Shown here in pieces: positions 8,852 to 18,800 of a stretch of DNA of 44,240 nt; position 1 is the stretch's first letter; every line of letters starts with the position of its first letter. The DNA lies in contig LSNL01000007.1 of assembly GCA_003056145.1 (NCBI GenBank), forward strand, positions 1-44,240. The letters run 5' to 3'. The position numbers were made by a program, and so were the translations under genes. This DNA is from Parcubacteria group bacterium M10-OD1-1. GTDB taxonomy: Bacteria; Patescibacteriota; Minisyncoccia; Moranbacterales; UBA2206. The notes beneath the pieces were generated by a model. The model was not told where the DNA came from and did no database searches. It was given only the letters and a program-made list of their open reading frames with translations.

Positions 8852-9922
8852 TTAATTTAATCTTTTAAGAACTTCATCGCCCATTTGTTGAGTAGTCAAC
8901 TGACGGCAACCATCCGACATTATATCGGCTGTCCGTAATCCGTCAGCTATGGTTTTTTTAACTGCTGTTTCAATGACCACAGCTGCTTCCTCCAGATTAA
9001 AACTGTAACGGAGCATCAACGCCAAAGAAAGAATCTGCGCCAAAGGATTAGCAATCCCCTTACCAGCAATATCAGGAGCACTGCCACCAGCTGGCTCGTA
9101 CAGTCCAAAATTGGTTTCTCCATTAATACTTGCACTCGGCAACATACCGAGCGAACCAGTCAGTTGAGCAGCTTCGTCTGACAAAATATCACCAAACATA
9201 TTTGAGCAAAGAATAACATCAAATTGCTTGGGATCGCGAACTAACTGCATCGCCGCATTATCCACATATAGATGACTACATTCCACCTCTGGATATTCAT
9301 TAGCAATTTTGCCAACAATATCCCTCCAAAGCTTACTGCACATTAACACATTGGCCTTATCAATTGAAACAACTTTTTTGTTTCGTTTCATTGCGATTTG
9401 AAAAGCACAATGAGCAATACGTTCAATTTCACTTTGACTGTAAGTCATAGTATCAACAGCAGTATTACCATCGATACTCTTTGGTTCAGCAAAGTAAATT
9501 CCACCGGTCAGCTCTCTAACCACCAAAATACTCAATCCTTTTAAAAATTCTGGTTTCAGAGAAGAAGCGTTCTCAAGACCATCATAAACTATTACTGGTC
9601 GCAAGTTAGCAAATAAACCATATCTTTTGCGCAACGGCAAAAGAGCTCCTTGCTCTGGTGTTAGCTCCGAAGGCAAATCAGCCCATTTGGGACCGCCGAT
9701 ACTACCAAACAAAACGGCAGCAACTTCATCGCATATTTTTTTGGTTTCCTCCGGAAAAGGGTGTCCAGTTTCATCATAAGCAACTCCTCCAATAAGACAA
9801 GTTTGCTTTTCAAATTTGATCCCAAATTCATTTTCAATGACATTTAAAACTCTAAGTGCCTGAGTCATAACCTCAGGACCAATTCCGTCACCCGGTAACA
9901 CAGCTATTTTCTTATTCATCAT
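8852..9922 (-). CDS. leuB: 3-isopropylmalate dehydrogenase
   Basis: [62 protein letters not shown]. Start re-called at ATG 9922 with AAGGAGG SD at 9931-9937. Confidence 0.97.
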   Translation of the reverse strand: MMNKKIAVLPGDGIGPEVMTQALRVLNVIENEFGIKFEKQTCLIGGVAYDETGHPFPEETKKICDEVAAVLFGSIGGPKWADLPSELTPEQGALLPLRKRYGLFANLRPVIVYDGLENASSLKPEFLKGLSILVVRELTGGIYFAEPKSIDGNTAVDTMTYSQSEIERIAHCAFQIAMKRNKKVVSIDKANVLMCSKLWRDIVGKIANEYPEVECSHLYVDNAAMQLVRDPKQFDVILCSNMFGDILSDEAAQLTGSLGMLPSASINGETNFGLYEPAGGSAPDIAGKGIANPLAQILSLALMLRYSFNLEEAAVVIETAVKKTIADGLRTADIMSDGCRQLTTQQMGDEVLKRLN

Positions 9923-9938
9923 TTTTTTTACCTCCTTG

Positions 9939-10451
9939 TTAGTAATTTTTAGCAACAAAGCCAACTAGGCCATCTTCACGCACCAGTCGTTCCGCAAATT
10001 CATCTAGCGAAAAACGAAAGATTAAACCATTGTTGCATTTAATCTGTTTCTCATTAAGGTCAACTTCACAATTAACCATTCGTCCGGCTGCGTTAAACAT
10101 CTGATCAATTTCGCTTTGGCTAATTTCAATCGCCAGTAATCCTCTATTGAACATATTTTGTCGAAAAATTCTGGCAAAACTTGGAGCAATCACTACTTTG
10201 AAATCATTTGCCTCAAGCGCCCAAACAGCATGTTCACGAGATGAACCACAACCAAAATTTTCTTGAGCAATTAAAATAGTTGCTTCTTGAAAATCTTGAT
10301 TAGATTGACTAAAGCCCGGCATATCCAAATCCTCAAAAAGATGAGGACCAAGACCACTAATACTAATTCCAGTAAGATACTTAGCAGGAATAATTTGATC
10401 AGTGTCTATGTTTGCACGATCAAGAAAATAAACTTTCTCTTGAATTTTCAT
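9939..10451 (-). CDS. leuD: 3-isopropylmalate dehydratase small subunit
   Basis: [34 protein letters not shown]. Confidence 0.96.
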   Translation of the reverse strand: MKIQEKVYFLDRANIDTDQIIPAKYLTGISISGLGPHLFEDLDMPGFSQSNQDFQEATILIAQENFGCGSSREHAVWALEANDFKVVIAPSFARIFRQNMFNRGLLAIEISQSEIDQMFNAAGRMVNCEVDLNEKQIKCNNGLIFRFSLDEFAERLVREDGLVGFVAKNY

Positions 10452-11711
10452 TTATATTACCTCCCTAGGATCAGTTATAAATCCTCGCAAAGCTGTAGCC
10501 GCGGCAGTATCCGGACTCATCAAATGAACTGTACCACCCTTCCCCATACGCCCAGGAAAATTACGGTTAGTTGTAGAAGCACAAACCTCTCCTTTAGCCA
10601 AAACACCGCTAGACATCCCCAAGCAAGCACCACAAGTCGGGTTGGTAAAGCAAGCACCAGCTTGAATAAAAATTTCCGCTAGTCCTTCTTGAATAGCTTG
10701 TATTTGAACTTGGGTTGTGGCTGGAGATACAATCATACGCACGGATTTAGCAATATGTTTACCTTCCAAAATCTTGGCCGCTATTCGCAAATCAGTAATC
10801 CGTCCATTAGTGCAACTACCAAGATAAACTTGATCAACTTTTGTTCCAGCCATTTCAGTAACAGATTTAACTTGACTTGGATTACTACCAAAAGTGACTT
10901 GTGGTTCTAACAAAGATAAATTGAATAAAAGATCTTTGTCATATTGAGCATCACTATCGGGTTGCCAATCCCAAATCAAAGATTCTATTTCTAGATTTCT
11001 CTGTCGGCAGTATTCAAGAGTTTGTCCATCGGGATAACAAAGACCGGAAGTGGCACCAGCTTCAACACTCATATTGCAGATTGTCATCCGACTTTCCATA
11101 TCCATGTTTTCAATAATTGGACCACAAAACTCAATGACATAATCAGTTGCACCTTTTACTCCCAGTTGCGAAATCAGATACAAAATCACATCTTTGGCAT
11201 AAACATTTTCAGATAATTTGCCATCAAGCTGGATTCTCATTGTTTTAGGTTCGCGGAAAAATACTACACCCTTAAGAATTGCTGCTTCTAAATCGGTGGT
11301 GCCGATACCAGCAGCAAATGCTCCAAAAGCGCCGTGAGTACAAGTATGAGAATCGCCACAAACGATGGTCATACCTGGAAGAACATGTCCCTGTTCTGGC
11401 AAAAGAGCGTGACAAACTCCATTACTACCAACATCATAAAACTTAATGTCATGCCGTCTAACCCAATCACGCATTACTTTTCCTTGTAAAGCAGTGGCGC
11501 TGTCTTTAGCTGGATTAACATGGTCAATCAGGGCAACAATCTTATTGGGATTGAAAACTTCATCGCCCCATTTGTTTTGAATATCCAAAATTGCTGGTGG
11601 CGTAGTGATTTCGTGACACATTACCAAATCAACTTCTAAAGCTACTGTACCAGCTGATGGTCGATCAATAATATGACCATCAAAAATCTTTTGAACTAAT
11701 GTCTTACCCAT
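10452..11711 (-). CDS. leuC: 3-isopropylmalate dehydratase large subunit (short ~420 aa type)
   Basis: CHEIT, GVCH, DSHTCTHGA, GSCTNGR, CGACLG (Fe-S cysteines), TNRNFPGRMG. SD AAGGAGG at 11721-11727. Confidence 0.96.
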   Translation of the reverse strand: MGKTLVQKIFDGHIIDRPSAGTVALEVDLVMCHEITTPPAILDIQNKWGDEVFNPNKIVALIDHVNPAKDSATALQGKVMRDWVRRHDIKFYDVGSNGVCHALLPEQGHVLPGMTIVCGDSHTCTHGAFGAFAAGIGTTDLEAAILKGVVFFREPKTMRIQLDGKLSENVYAKDVILYLISQLGVKGATDYVIEFCGPIIENMDMESRMTICNMSVEAGATSGLCYPDGQTLEYCRQRNLEIESLIWDWQPDSDAQYDKDLLFNLSLLEPQVTFGSNPSQVKSVTEMAGTKVDQVYLGSCTNGRITDLRIAAKILEGKHIAKSVRMIVSPATTQVQIQAIQEGLAEIFIQAGACFTNPTCGACLGMSSGVLAKGEVCASTTNRNFPGRMGKGGTVHLMSPDTAAATALRGFITDPREVI

Positions 11712-12017
11712 TTTTCAATACCTCCTTTTTTAAATTAATGGTTCTTTGATTGTTAAATAGCTCTTCTTACTTAAGCAAATTAAACTAGAAAAATCAAATT
11801 TATCTATCCGTCTTTATTATTTCAAAAAAAATTAAGCCCCGCCTTCTATCTTAAAAGAAAACCAAAAGGAATTTTTCTTTTACTAACATAACGTACCAAC
11901 CATAAATTTTACCTTTCTTTCTCGTTATTTTTGGACAAGCTTTTTTTGAGAACAGGGGAAAATCTTATCCAAGAAAGACAAAACCTGTAACTAACGCTAC
12001 GATTACCAAAAAATCAA

Positions 12018-12045
12018 AGAAAAGAAAAGTCGGCAAAATGCCGAC
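12018..12045 (-). terminator. Intrinsic terminator after tRNA-Leu
   Basis: GTCGGC-ATTTT-GCCGAC stem followed by TTTTCTTTTC on the minus strand. Confidence 0.8.
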
Positions 12046-12056
12046 AAGTTAGATTC

Positions 12057-12143
12057 TGGTGCCCGGAGCGAGACTTGAACTCGCACGGTATTACTACCGA
12101 GGGATTTTAAGTCCCTTGTGTCTACCAATTCCACCATCCGGGC
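12057..12143 (-). tRNA. tRNA-Leu (TAA), CCA encoded
   Basis: GCCCGGA...TCCGGGCACCA; anticodon loop CTTAAAA; long variable arm. Confidence 0.97.
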
Positions 12144-12159
12144 TTATAAAAACATTCCT

Positions 12160-12188
12160 ATTATACTTAATTATTTATCTACTGACAA
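12160..12188 (-). promoter_or_regulatory. Sigma70 promoter for tRNA-Leu
   Basis: TTGTCA-17 nt-TATAAT on the minus strand. Confidence 0.7.
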
Positions 12189-12206
12189 ATAATATTTTCC
12201 TTTTTG

Positions 12207-12277
12207 AGGTCGCGCCCGGATTTGAACCGGGGTGAAGGGTTTTGCAGACCCACGCCTAACCGCTCGGCCACACGACC
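12207..12277 (-). tRNA. tRNA-Cys (GCA)
   Basis: GGTCGTG...CGCGACC-T; anticodon loop CTGCAAA; T-loop GTTCAAATC. Confidence 0.97.
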
Positions 12278-12423
12278 ATTATTATTCTCTATTCTCAATT
12301 TTAAATTAGAACTACTTATTTATAGATACTACCAAAACATTCTGGGCTAGTCAATGAAAATAAAACTATAACTAAACGAAAAAATCCCCTGTTCAAACAA
12401 GGGATTTAATAGCTAGTCAAAAA

Positions 12424-12996
12424 TTAGTTAACTATTTCTGCTAAGAGTCTTTGACGTCCAAAAGCAAAAGCCTGAGATTTAGTTTTCATATAGATATCTA
12501 TGTGATTGCCTTTTATAGCTCCTCCTCTGTCTTCGCAAATATAAGTACCTAAACCAGCAATCTGTAATTTAGTTCCAAAAGGTAAGTAACTAGGACAAGC
12601 GACAGTTTCATTCTCTTTAACTAGTAAACCTGAAGCTGTAATTCCATCAGATTTTCCACATTCATCAGCAGCCGCTGTATAGGCTGAAGCATTAATGATA
12701 AATTTTTTTTGTGGTACAGTTATTCTCTTGGCTCGCTTTTGAAATTTAGCCAAATATTTTTCTCTTTTAGTTTCTTGAGGTTTTTTCCCCAAAAGAAAAC
12801 CTTCCGAATTATTATCCATTAAAGCTAACATTACTGTATTTTGTTGATCAATAATTGGATAATTAGCAATCTTTTCTTCTATTTTTAAATTTGTTTTTGT
12901 TTCATTAGATTGAAAGACCTCGGCGGCTAGAACTACTTGTGGTAGAAGTAGTGCTATAATTATTCGCCAGACTACGAAAGCACTAATGATACGCAT
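12424..12996 (-). CDS. Secreted 3D (Asp-Asp-Asp) domain cell-wall protein
   Basis: Signal peptide; ASAYT...TASG...VAC...PFGTKL...CEDRGGAIKGNHIDIY. Confidence 0.9.
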   Translation of the reverse strand: MRIISAFVVWRIIIALLLPQVVLAAEVFQSNETKTNLKIEEKIANYPIIDQQNTVMLALMDNNSEGFLLGKKPQETKREKYLAKFQKRAKRITVPQKKFIINASAYTAAADECGKSDGITASGLLVKENETVACPSYLPFGTKLQIAGLGTYICEDRGGAIKGNHIDIYMKTKSQAFAFGRQRLLAEIVN

Positions 12997-13093
12997 TCAT
13001 TATTTCTAATTGTTAGCTATCTTTCTTAAATCCCCCTTTTGAAAGATAGGCTAATTAAAAATTTGAACTTAATTTATTTTTAATTAACTTAAG

Positions 13094-13122
13094 ACTATAG
13101 CAAATAAAACTAATTTTGTCAA
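13094..13122 (-). promoter_or_regulatory. Sigma70 promoter for the 3D-domain gene
   Basis: TTGACA-17-TATAGT with extended TG. Confidence 0.7.
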
Positions 13123-13355
13123 TAGCTATTTTGAATTATTGGCTCAAATAAAGTCTTTTTTCTTATTTTTTCGCTTTAATCAGGTAAGATTAAGAATAAT
13201 AGCCTATTCTTTTTAGCTAATTATCTTGAACTTGATTTTAATTTTAATATTTTGAAAATCTATGTTAAAATTAAATTTGTTATTTAATTTTACTAACTTT
13301 ATCTGCTAAGCTAATAATTATTAAAAATTTGCTTTAAAGATAATTAAACAAATAA

Positions 13356-13709
13356 ATGAGAAATATTCAAGAAATTTTTAACGAAATTCAAGAATTAAAA
13401 AAAGAACAAAAAGGAATAAGAGCTGAATATAAAGATGCTCTTGATAATGCTAATGAATATGAAGAAACGGTAGATGAGGCGAAAGAATTACGAGAAAAGA
13501 AAAAACAAATTGAAACTATGGTTCAAGGACAATTAGGACTTCGCTATCAACGATTTGAAGAAATTAAAGACAAACTAGTAGAATTAAATGAGATGTTAAC
13601 AGATGTAGCTATGACTACTTTAATGGGAGGAAAAACTATTGAGTTAAAAGATCAATATGAAAATGAATATGAACCAGTTTACAAAATAACTTTTAAGAAA
13701 AGAAATTAA
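13356..13709 (+). CDS. Hypothetical coiled-coil protein
   Basis: 117 aa, charged helical composition, no recognised motif. Confidence 0.8.
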   Translation: MRNIQEIFNEIQELKKEQKGIRAEYKDALDNANEYEETVDEAKELREKKKQIETMVQGQLGLRYQRFEEIKDKLVELNEMLTDVAMTTLMGGKTIELKDQYENEYEPVYKITFKKRN

Positions 13710-13730
13710 AGTTTTAAAGATATTTATTTT

Positions 13731-14939
13731 TTAACCTAAACTATTTCCTACTCGCAAATTAAAACTAATTAATTTACTCTCTTCTACTGCTGGTTGATTA
13801 AAAGGGTCTACTCTTCTCAACATAGAAGAATAGACTGCAAAATACTGCCAGAAAACCATCCACTCCCCCATATTTTCTTGGCTAATTTCTGAAATTAAAA
13901 CCTCAACAACAGGAATTTTTTTATTGATACAATTTTCTAAAACTCCTTGTCTGTCAAAATGCATTGATTTTAATGCCGATAGACCAGCCAACTTCTTTAA
14001 GGCTACTCCATCAAATTTTATATCTTCTAATTCAAGCGGAATTTCAATTTTAAAATCATCCTCTGAATTTTCCACCCCAACCAATAAACCCGCAACATTT
14101 TTTGTTCCGCCAAAAAATCTTTGATTAGTATGATGTTGTGATTCTGGCGCATAATCTCCAAAAATTATTTGACCTTTTCCATCTTTTCCTGAGCTTTCAT
14201 GAACCAGCTGAATAATTAGAGGCAAGAAAGCAAAAAGAGAAGTGGAATATAGAGAAGAAAAAATTTCCGCGTAACCTTTTTTCTCTAATTTGCAAAAATA
14301 CCAAGCTAATTTAAGCGCATTATTTTTTTCAATCTCTACTTTATTATTATAAAATTGATATCCTTTTCGTGCTCCTTTATAAATTTTTTCAATGTCTAAT
14401 CCCATAAGATATGCCGGAACCAATCCACAAGAAGTCATTCCCGAATAACGACCACCTACTTCAGGATGGACAATAATATCCCATCTTTTTTTTTGTGCGA
14501 TTTGACGTAATGGGTTATCCTTTTCTCCAGTAATCACAAGTACCTGATAATCTAGAAAAGAGAGCAGTGGCTCCAGACTATTAATATTAGCTCCGGACTT
14601 AGAAATAATCAAAATCAGAGTATCCTCTTTTTTGTATTGTTTCTTTAATTCATTAATAAGTTCTGGCTCAACTGAAGCTAAAAATTTAAAATTAGTTTTG
14701 TTTCGATATTCAAAAAGAGAATGAAAAAATGCCCAAGCGCTGGTTCGTGATCCACCATTTCCAATTAGAATTATATTTTTGAATTTTTTGAATTTCTCAG
14801 TTTTCTCAATAATATATTTCAAATCAGTTTTGATTTTTTCGAAACTGAAATCGTCTTGTTGCAGGATTTTCTCTAAAATATCCTGACTTTTTGAAAAATC
14901 TGAATTAACCAGAAGATTGTCATAATTTATTTTTATCAT
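13731..14939 (-). CDS. pgi: Glucose-6-phosphate isomerase (SIS family)
   Basis: IGNGGS, ISKSG, EVGGRYS, DPFNQPAVEESK. Confidence 0.88.
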   Translation of the reverse strand: MIKINYDNLLVNSDFSKSQDILEKILQQDDFSFEKIKTDLKYIIEKTEKFKKFKNIILIGNGGSRTSAWAFFHSLFEYRNKTNFKFLASVEPELINELKKQYKKEDTLILIISKSGANINSLEPLLSFLDYQVLVITGEKDNPLRQIAQKKRWDIIVHPEVGGRYSGMTSCGLVPAYLMGLDIEKIYKGARKGYQFYNNKVEIEKNNALKLAWYFCKLEKKGYAEIFSSLYSTSLFAFLPLIIQLVHESSGKDGKGQIIFGDYAPESQHHTNQRFFGGTKNVAGLLVGVENSEDDFKIEIPLELEDIKFDGVALKKLAGLSALKSMHFDRQGVLENCINKKIPVVEVLISEISQENMGEWMVFWQYFAVYSSMLRRVDPFNQPAVEESKLISFNLRVGNSLG

Positions 14940-15177
14940 CTTGATTTTTTTTATTTATAAATTTAATCTCTATTAACTTTATTCTTATTTTTTAATTATA
15001 CCACAAACAAAGCTTATCAAGCATTTATAGTTTTTTAACAAACCAAAAAAGAATTTAGAATATTAGATTATACCCAAATAATATTATTCCATTTAAATTT
15101 AGTCCTCAAAAAATGAGGAAAATTTGAACTACTTATATTTACTGCTATAATAAAATTATAATTTTTAAATAAATATT

Positions 15178-16557
15178 ATGTATAGCGTTATTCTTTGTGG
15201 CGGATCTGGAACACGCCTTTGGCCTCTTTCTCGTAAAAACTATCCTAAACAATTTCTTAACCTTTTTAGTAACAAATCCCTTCTTCAAGAAACTTTTTTG
15301 AGAATGCAAAAAATAATGCCTCAAAATCATATTTTTTTTGTAACTAATCAAGCTAATTATTTTAATGTTTTTAATCAAATAAAAGAATTAGCCAAAGATT
15401 TCAATCAAGAACAAATCTTAATTGAACCAGTCAGTTTAAATACTGCTCCCGCCATAACTTTAGCAGTTAAATATTTAACTGAAAAATTTAAAATAAATAC
15501 TAATGACCCTATTCTTTTTCTCCCTTCTGATCACTATATCAAAAGTAAAGAAAAATATTTTGAACTATTGAATATAGCTACTCAAGAAATAGGCACTTTT
15601 ATTGGAACTATTGGCATTACTCCTCAATCTCCCAAAACTGGCTACGGCTATATTAAAAAAGGAAAAAGTAAAAATCATTATTTTAAGGTTATAGATTTTA
15701 AGGAAAAACCTAAAAAATCAGTAGCTCAAAAATATTTAGCTTCAGGAAATTATGTTTGGAACTCCGGTATCTATATTTTTAACGCTAAAACTTTTTTTAA
15801 AGAATTAGCTCTCTGTTCACCCGAAATTTCTAAACTAGCCGATAAGAAATTAGACAAATTTATTGAAAACTTTAAAAAACTTCCTTCTATCTCTATAGAT
15901 TATGCAATTGCCGAAAAATCTAAAAAAGTTATTGTCTTTGAAGGAAACTTTGGTTGGAATGATATTGGTTCTTTTGATAGTTTAGCTGAAATATCGAAAA
16001 AAAATTATCCCGCTAAGCATCTTTCCCTTAATTCAAAGAATATCTACATTCATAGTGATTCTAAGAAATTAGTTGCCACGATTGGAGTAGAGGATTTAAA
16101 TATTATAGAAACCGCCGATAGTATTCTAGTGCAAAAACAAGGACACGGAGAAGAAGTGAAAAAAATTGTTACAGAAATAAAAAAACAGAAAATGAAAGAG
16201 TTGGAACATAATTTAATTGTTCATCGTCCTTGGGGTAAATACGAAATTCTTTTGGATAACCCTGATCATAAAGTTAAAAAAATAACTGTTTATCCAGGAG
16301 AAAAACTCAGTCTTCAATCTCACAATCATCGAGCTGAACATTGGATTGTTACTAAAGGTTCCGCTCTTATTGTTAACGGTGATCAAGAAATAGCCTTACA
16401 AAAAAATGAAAGCACTTTTATTCCTATTTTTGCTAAACATCGTCTTTCTAATCCAGGGAAAATAAATTTAGAAATAATTGAAGTCCAATCTGGTGACTAT
16501 TTAGAAGAAGACGACATTATCCGCTATGAAGATATTTACAACCGAGACAAGATTTAA
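15178..16557 (+). CDS. manC: Mannose-1-phosphate guanylyltransferase / mannose-6-phosphate isomerase
   Basis: ILCGGSGTRLWPLSRKNYPKQF, NTAPA, PSDH, WNDIGSF, C-terminal cupin RPWG...HRAEHW. Confidence 0.95.
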   Translation: MYSVILCGGSGTRLWPLSRKNYPKQFLNLFSNKSLLQETFLRMQKIMPQNHIFFVTNQANYFNVFNQIKELAKDFNQEQILIEPVSLNTAPAITLAVKYLTEKFKINTNDPILFLPSDHYIKSKEKYFELLNIATQEIGTFIGTIGITPQSPKTGYGYIKKGKSKNHYFKVIDFKEKPKKSVAQKYLASGNYVWNSGIYIFNAKTFFKELALCSPEISKLADKKLDKFIENFKKLPSISIDYAIAEKSKKVIVFEGNFGWNDIGSFDSLAEISKKNYPAKHLSLNSKNIYIHSDSKKLVATIGVEDLNIIETADSILVQKQGHGEEVKKIVTEIKKQKMKELEHNLIVHRPWGKYEILLDNPDHKVKKITVYPGEKLSLQSHNHRAEHWIVTKGSALIVNGDQEIALQKNESTFIPIFAKHRLSNPGKINLEIIEVQSGDYLEEDDIIRYEDIYNRDKI

Positions 16558-16914
16558 ATAGAATACTCCCACTTTGACACAAAAATTAAACTTGACTTTT
16601 ATTACTTCTTGCTATATAATAAGGACATTGTAATGATTATAGGCTATTTTAGCTTTCTTTCTTATTTTTATATTTTCCCTTCTTTTTGAGATCTTTCCTT
16701 GGTTGGAACAATTAATATTTTTAATTTTGAAGTTCAATTCTTCTGCAAGGAACATTTTTTATTTTATCTTTTATAAGACAAACTATTTCAAAAATTTTCT
16801 TTATTTGAAATCAATAAAGTTTTTTGAATGTCTTGAAAAAAAATAGAAACTATTATAATTAAAACTTAGAAAATTACTATTTTAGTAAACTTTCTATTTA
16901 AACAATCAAAAAAA

Positions 16915-18699
16915 ATGAACAAACCAAATAACAAACCTACCCACAAAAACCGCCCTCGGTCAGGTAATCATAAGATATTTTCCCAAAAAGAAAATCAATC
17001 AAAAAATAATTCTCTCTCAAAATTTACTAAAAATAAATTACGGATTATCCCTTTGGGTGGGTTAGAGGAAGTCGGTCGTAATATGACTGTCTTTGAATAT
17101 GAAGAAGATATTGTAATTTTAGATATGGGGCTTCAATTTCCTGAAGAAGATATGCCAGGAATTGATTATATAGTCCCTAATATCAGTTACCTTAAAGGAA
17201 AAGAGAAAAATATTAGAGGAGTGCTCCTTAGTCACGGACATCTAGATCATATTGGAGCAGCTCCTATTCTTTTAGAAAAATTAGGTTATCCTCCAGTAAT
17301 TGGACGAGATTTTACTCTAGCCTTAACTAAGAAAAAAATGGAAGATTATCAGAAAGGTTCCACTAGTCAGTTAAAAACTATTCGGATAAATTCTATTACA
17401 GATAAAATTCGCTTAGGAAATTTTAAAATTAGTTTTTTTGATGTAGAGCATTCTATTATGGATGCTGTAGGAGTTATTTTAACTACCCCTCAAGGAAATG
17501 TTATTCATCCAGGCGATTGGACAATGGGACACAATCCTGAAACTAAAAAAGATTTAACTTATACCCAACTAGCCAACGTTCCTAGTCCTAAAATTTTGAT
17601 GCTAGAAAGTTTAGGTGCTACCGATGTACGTCCAGCCGCTACTTCAGAAGAAGCAATGTTTGATAATTTAGAGCATTTAATTAGTGAAGCTCAAGGGCAA
17701 GTGGTGATTGGTACCTTTTCTTCTCAAATAAAAAGAATTGGAACTCTCATAGAATACGCTGAAAAAATAGGTAAAAAGGTAGCCTTAGATGGATATAGTA
17801 TGAAGATGAATGTAGAAATAGCCAAAGAATTAGGTTATATTAAAGCCCATAAAGATACTCTTATTTCTGTTCAAGACCTACATAAATATCCTAAAAATAA
17901 AACTATTATCATTTGTACTGGAGCGCAAGGAGAAGGAAATGCAGTTTTATCTAGAATTATTACCGATAATCATCGCTTTGTTAAAATTCAAAAAAATGAT
18001 ACTATCATTTTTTCTTCTTCAGTCATCCCTGGTAATGAAAGAACCATTCAGCGATTAAAAGACAACCTTTACAGAAAATGTGATAATGTAATTCACACTG
18101 ACACTATGGATGTTCATATCAGTGGACACTGTAATGCTAACGACATTAAGGAAGTTTTAAAACAGATTAAGCCAGACTTTTTTATTCCCGTTTATGCTAA
18201 TCATTACTTTTTAAAAGAAGCTGCCAAACTAGCAATGGAAGTTGGTATACCTAAAGAGAAAATTTTTGTCTTAGATAATGGTTCTGTGATTGAGTTTAAA
18301 GAAAACCAAGCTAAAGTCTTAAATAAAAAAGCTGATACTAGTTATGTCATGGTTGATGGCTTAGGTATTGGAGATGTTGGACAAGTTGTTTTGCGTGATC
18401 GTCAAGTTCTCTCAGCTGATGGAATGTTTGTCATCACAGTTTTACTTGATAGAAAAACTAAAAAAGTAGTCGGCAATATTCAAATAACTTCTCGAGGTTT
18501 TATTTATGTAAAAGAAAACTTTGATTTAGTTAATGAAACAAAAAGAAAAATTGTTAAGATTATTAAAGACACTACTTCTAAAAATACCTCCGTAGAAAAA
18601 AGATTTATTGAAAATAATATTCGTGATATTATCGGACAATATCTATACTCTAAAACTGAACGCCGACCGATGGTTTTGCCGGTTATTATTGAAGTTTAA
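16915..18699 (+). CDS. rnj: Ribonuclease J
   Basis: PLGGLEEVGRNM, SHGHLDHIG, HSIMD, HISGH, C-terminal RRPMVLPVIIEV. Confidence 0.97.
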   Translation: MNKPNNKPTHKNRPRSGNHKIFSQKENQSKNNSLSKFTKNKLRIIPLGGLEEVGRNMTVFEYEEDIVILDMGLQFPEEDMPGIDYIVPNISYLKGKEKNIRGVLLSHGHLDHIGAAPILLEKLGYPPVIGRDFTLALTKKKMEDYQKGSTSQLKTIRINSITDKIRLGNFKISFFDVEHSIMDAVGVILTTPQGNVIHPGDWTMGHNPETKKDLTYTQLANVPSPKILMLESLGATDVRPAATSEEAMFDNLEHLISEAQGQVVIGTFSSQIKRIGTLIEYAEKIGKKVALDGYSMKMNVEIAKELGYIKAHKDTLISVQDLHKYPKNKTIIICTGAQGEGNAVLSRIITDNHRFVKIQKNDTIIFSSSVIPGNERTIQRLKDNLYRKCDNVIHTDTMDVHISGHCNANDIKEVLKQIKPDFFIPVYANHYFLKEAAKLAMEVGIPKEKIFVLDNGSVIEFKENQAKVLNKKADTSYVMVDGLGIGDVGQVVLRDRQVLSADGMFVITVLLDRKTKKVVGNIQITSRGFIYVKENFDLVNETKRKIVKIIKDTTSKNTSVEKRFIENNIRDIIGQYLYSKTERRPMVLPVIIEV

Positions 18700-18725
18700 T
18701 CTTTATCAATTTTGTTTTTAACTTA

Positions 18726-18750
18726 AAAGAGCCTTAAAAGCTCTTTTTTG
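18726..18750. terminator. Terminator between convergent rnj and PLD genes
   Basis: AAAAGAGC-CTTAAAA-GCTCTTTTTT. Confidence 0.7.
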
Positions 18751-18800
18751 TTGGTCTATTTTTAAGACTTTACAAAATTTGGCTTCGTAAAAACTCTAAA

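Noticed and set aside
9923-9964. Track N-terminal extension of leuB
   Set aside because: It overlaps leuD, and a strong SD sits before ATG 9922.
11712-12017. T-box or Leu-rich attenuator peptide upstream of leuC (a short hydrophobic frame ...FLVIVALVTGFVFLG* exists)
   Set aside because: No T-box consensus, no Leu-codon run, no convincing start or terminator/antiterminator pair.
16634-16760. Small ORFs or hairpin (TTCCTTG/CAAGGAA) upstream of rnj
   Set aside because: ORFs are short and implausible, and the pairing is weak in very AT-rich sequence.
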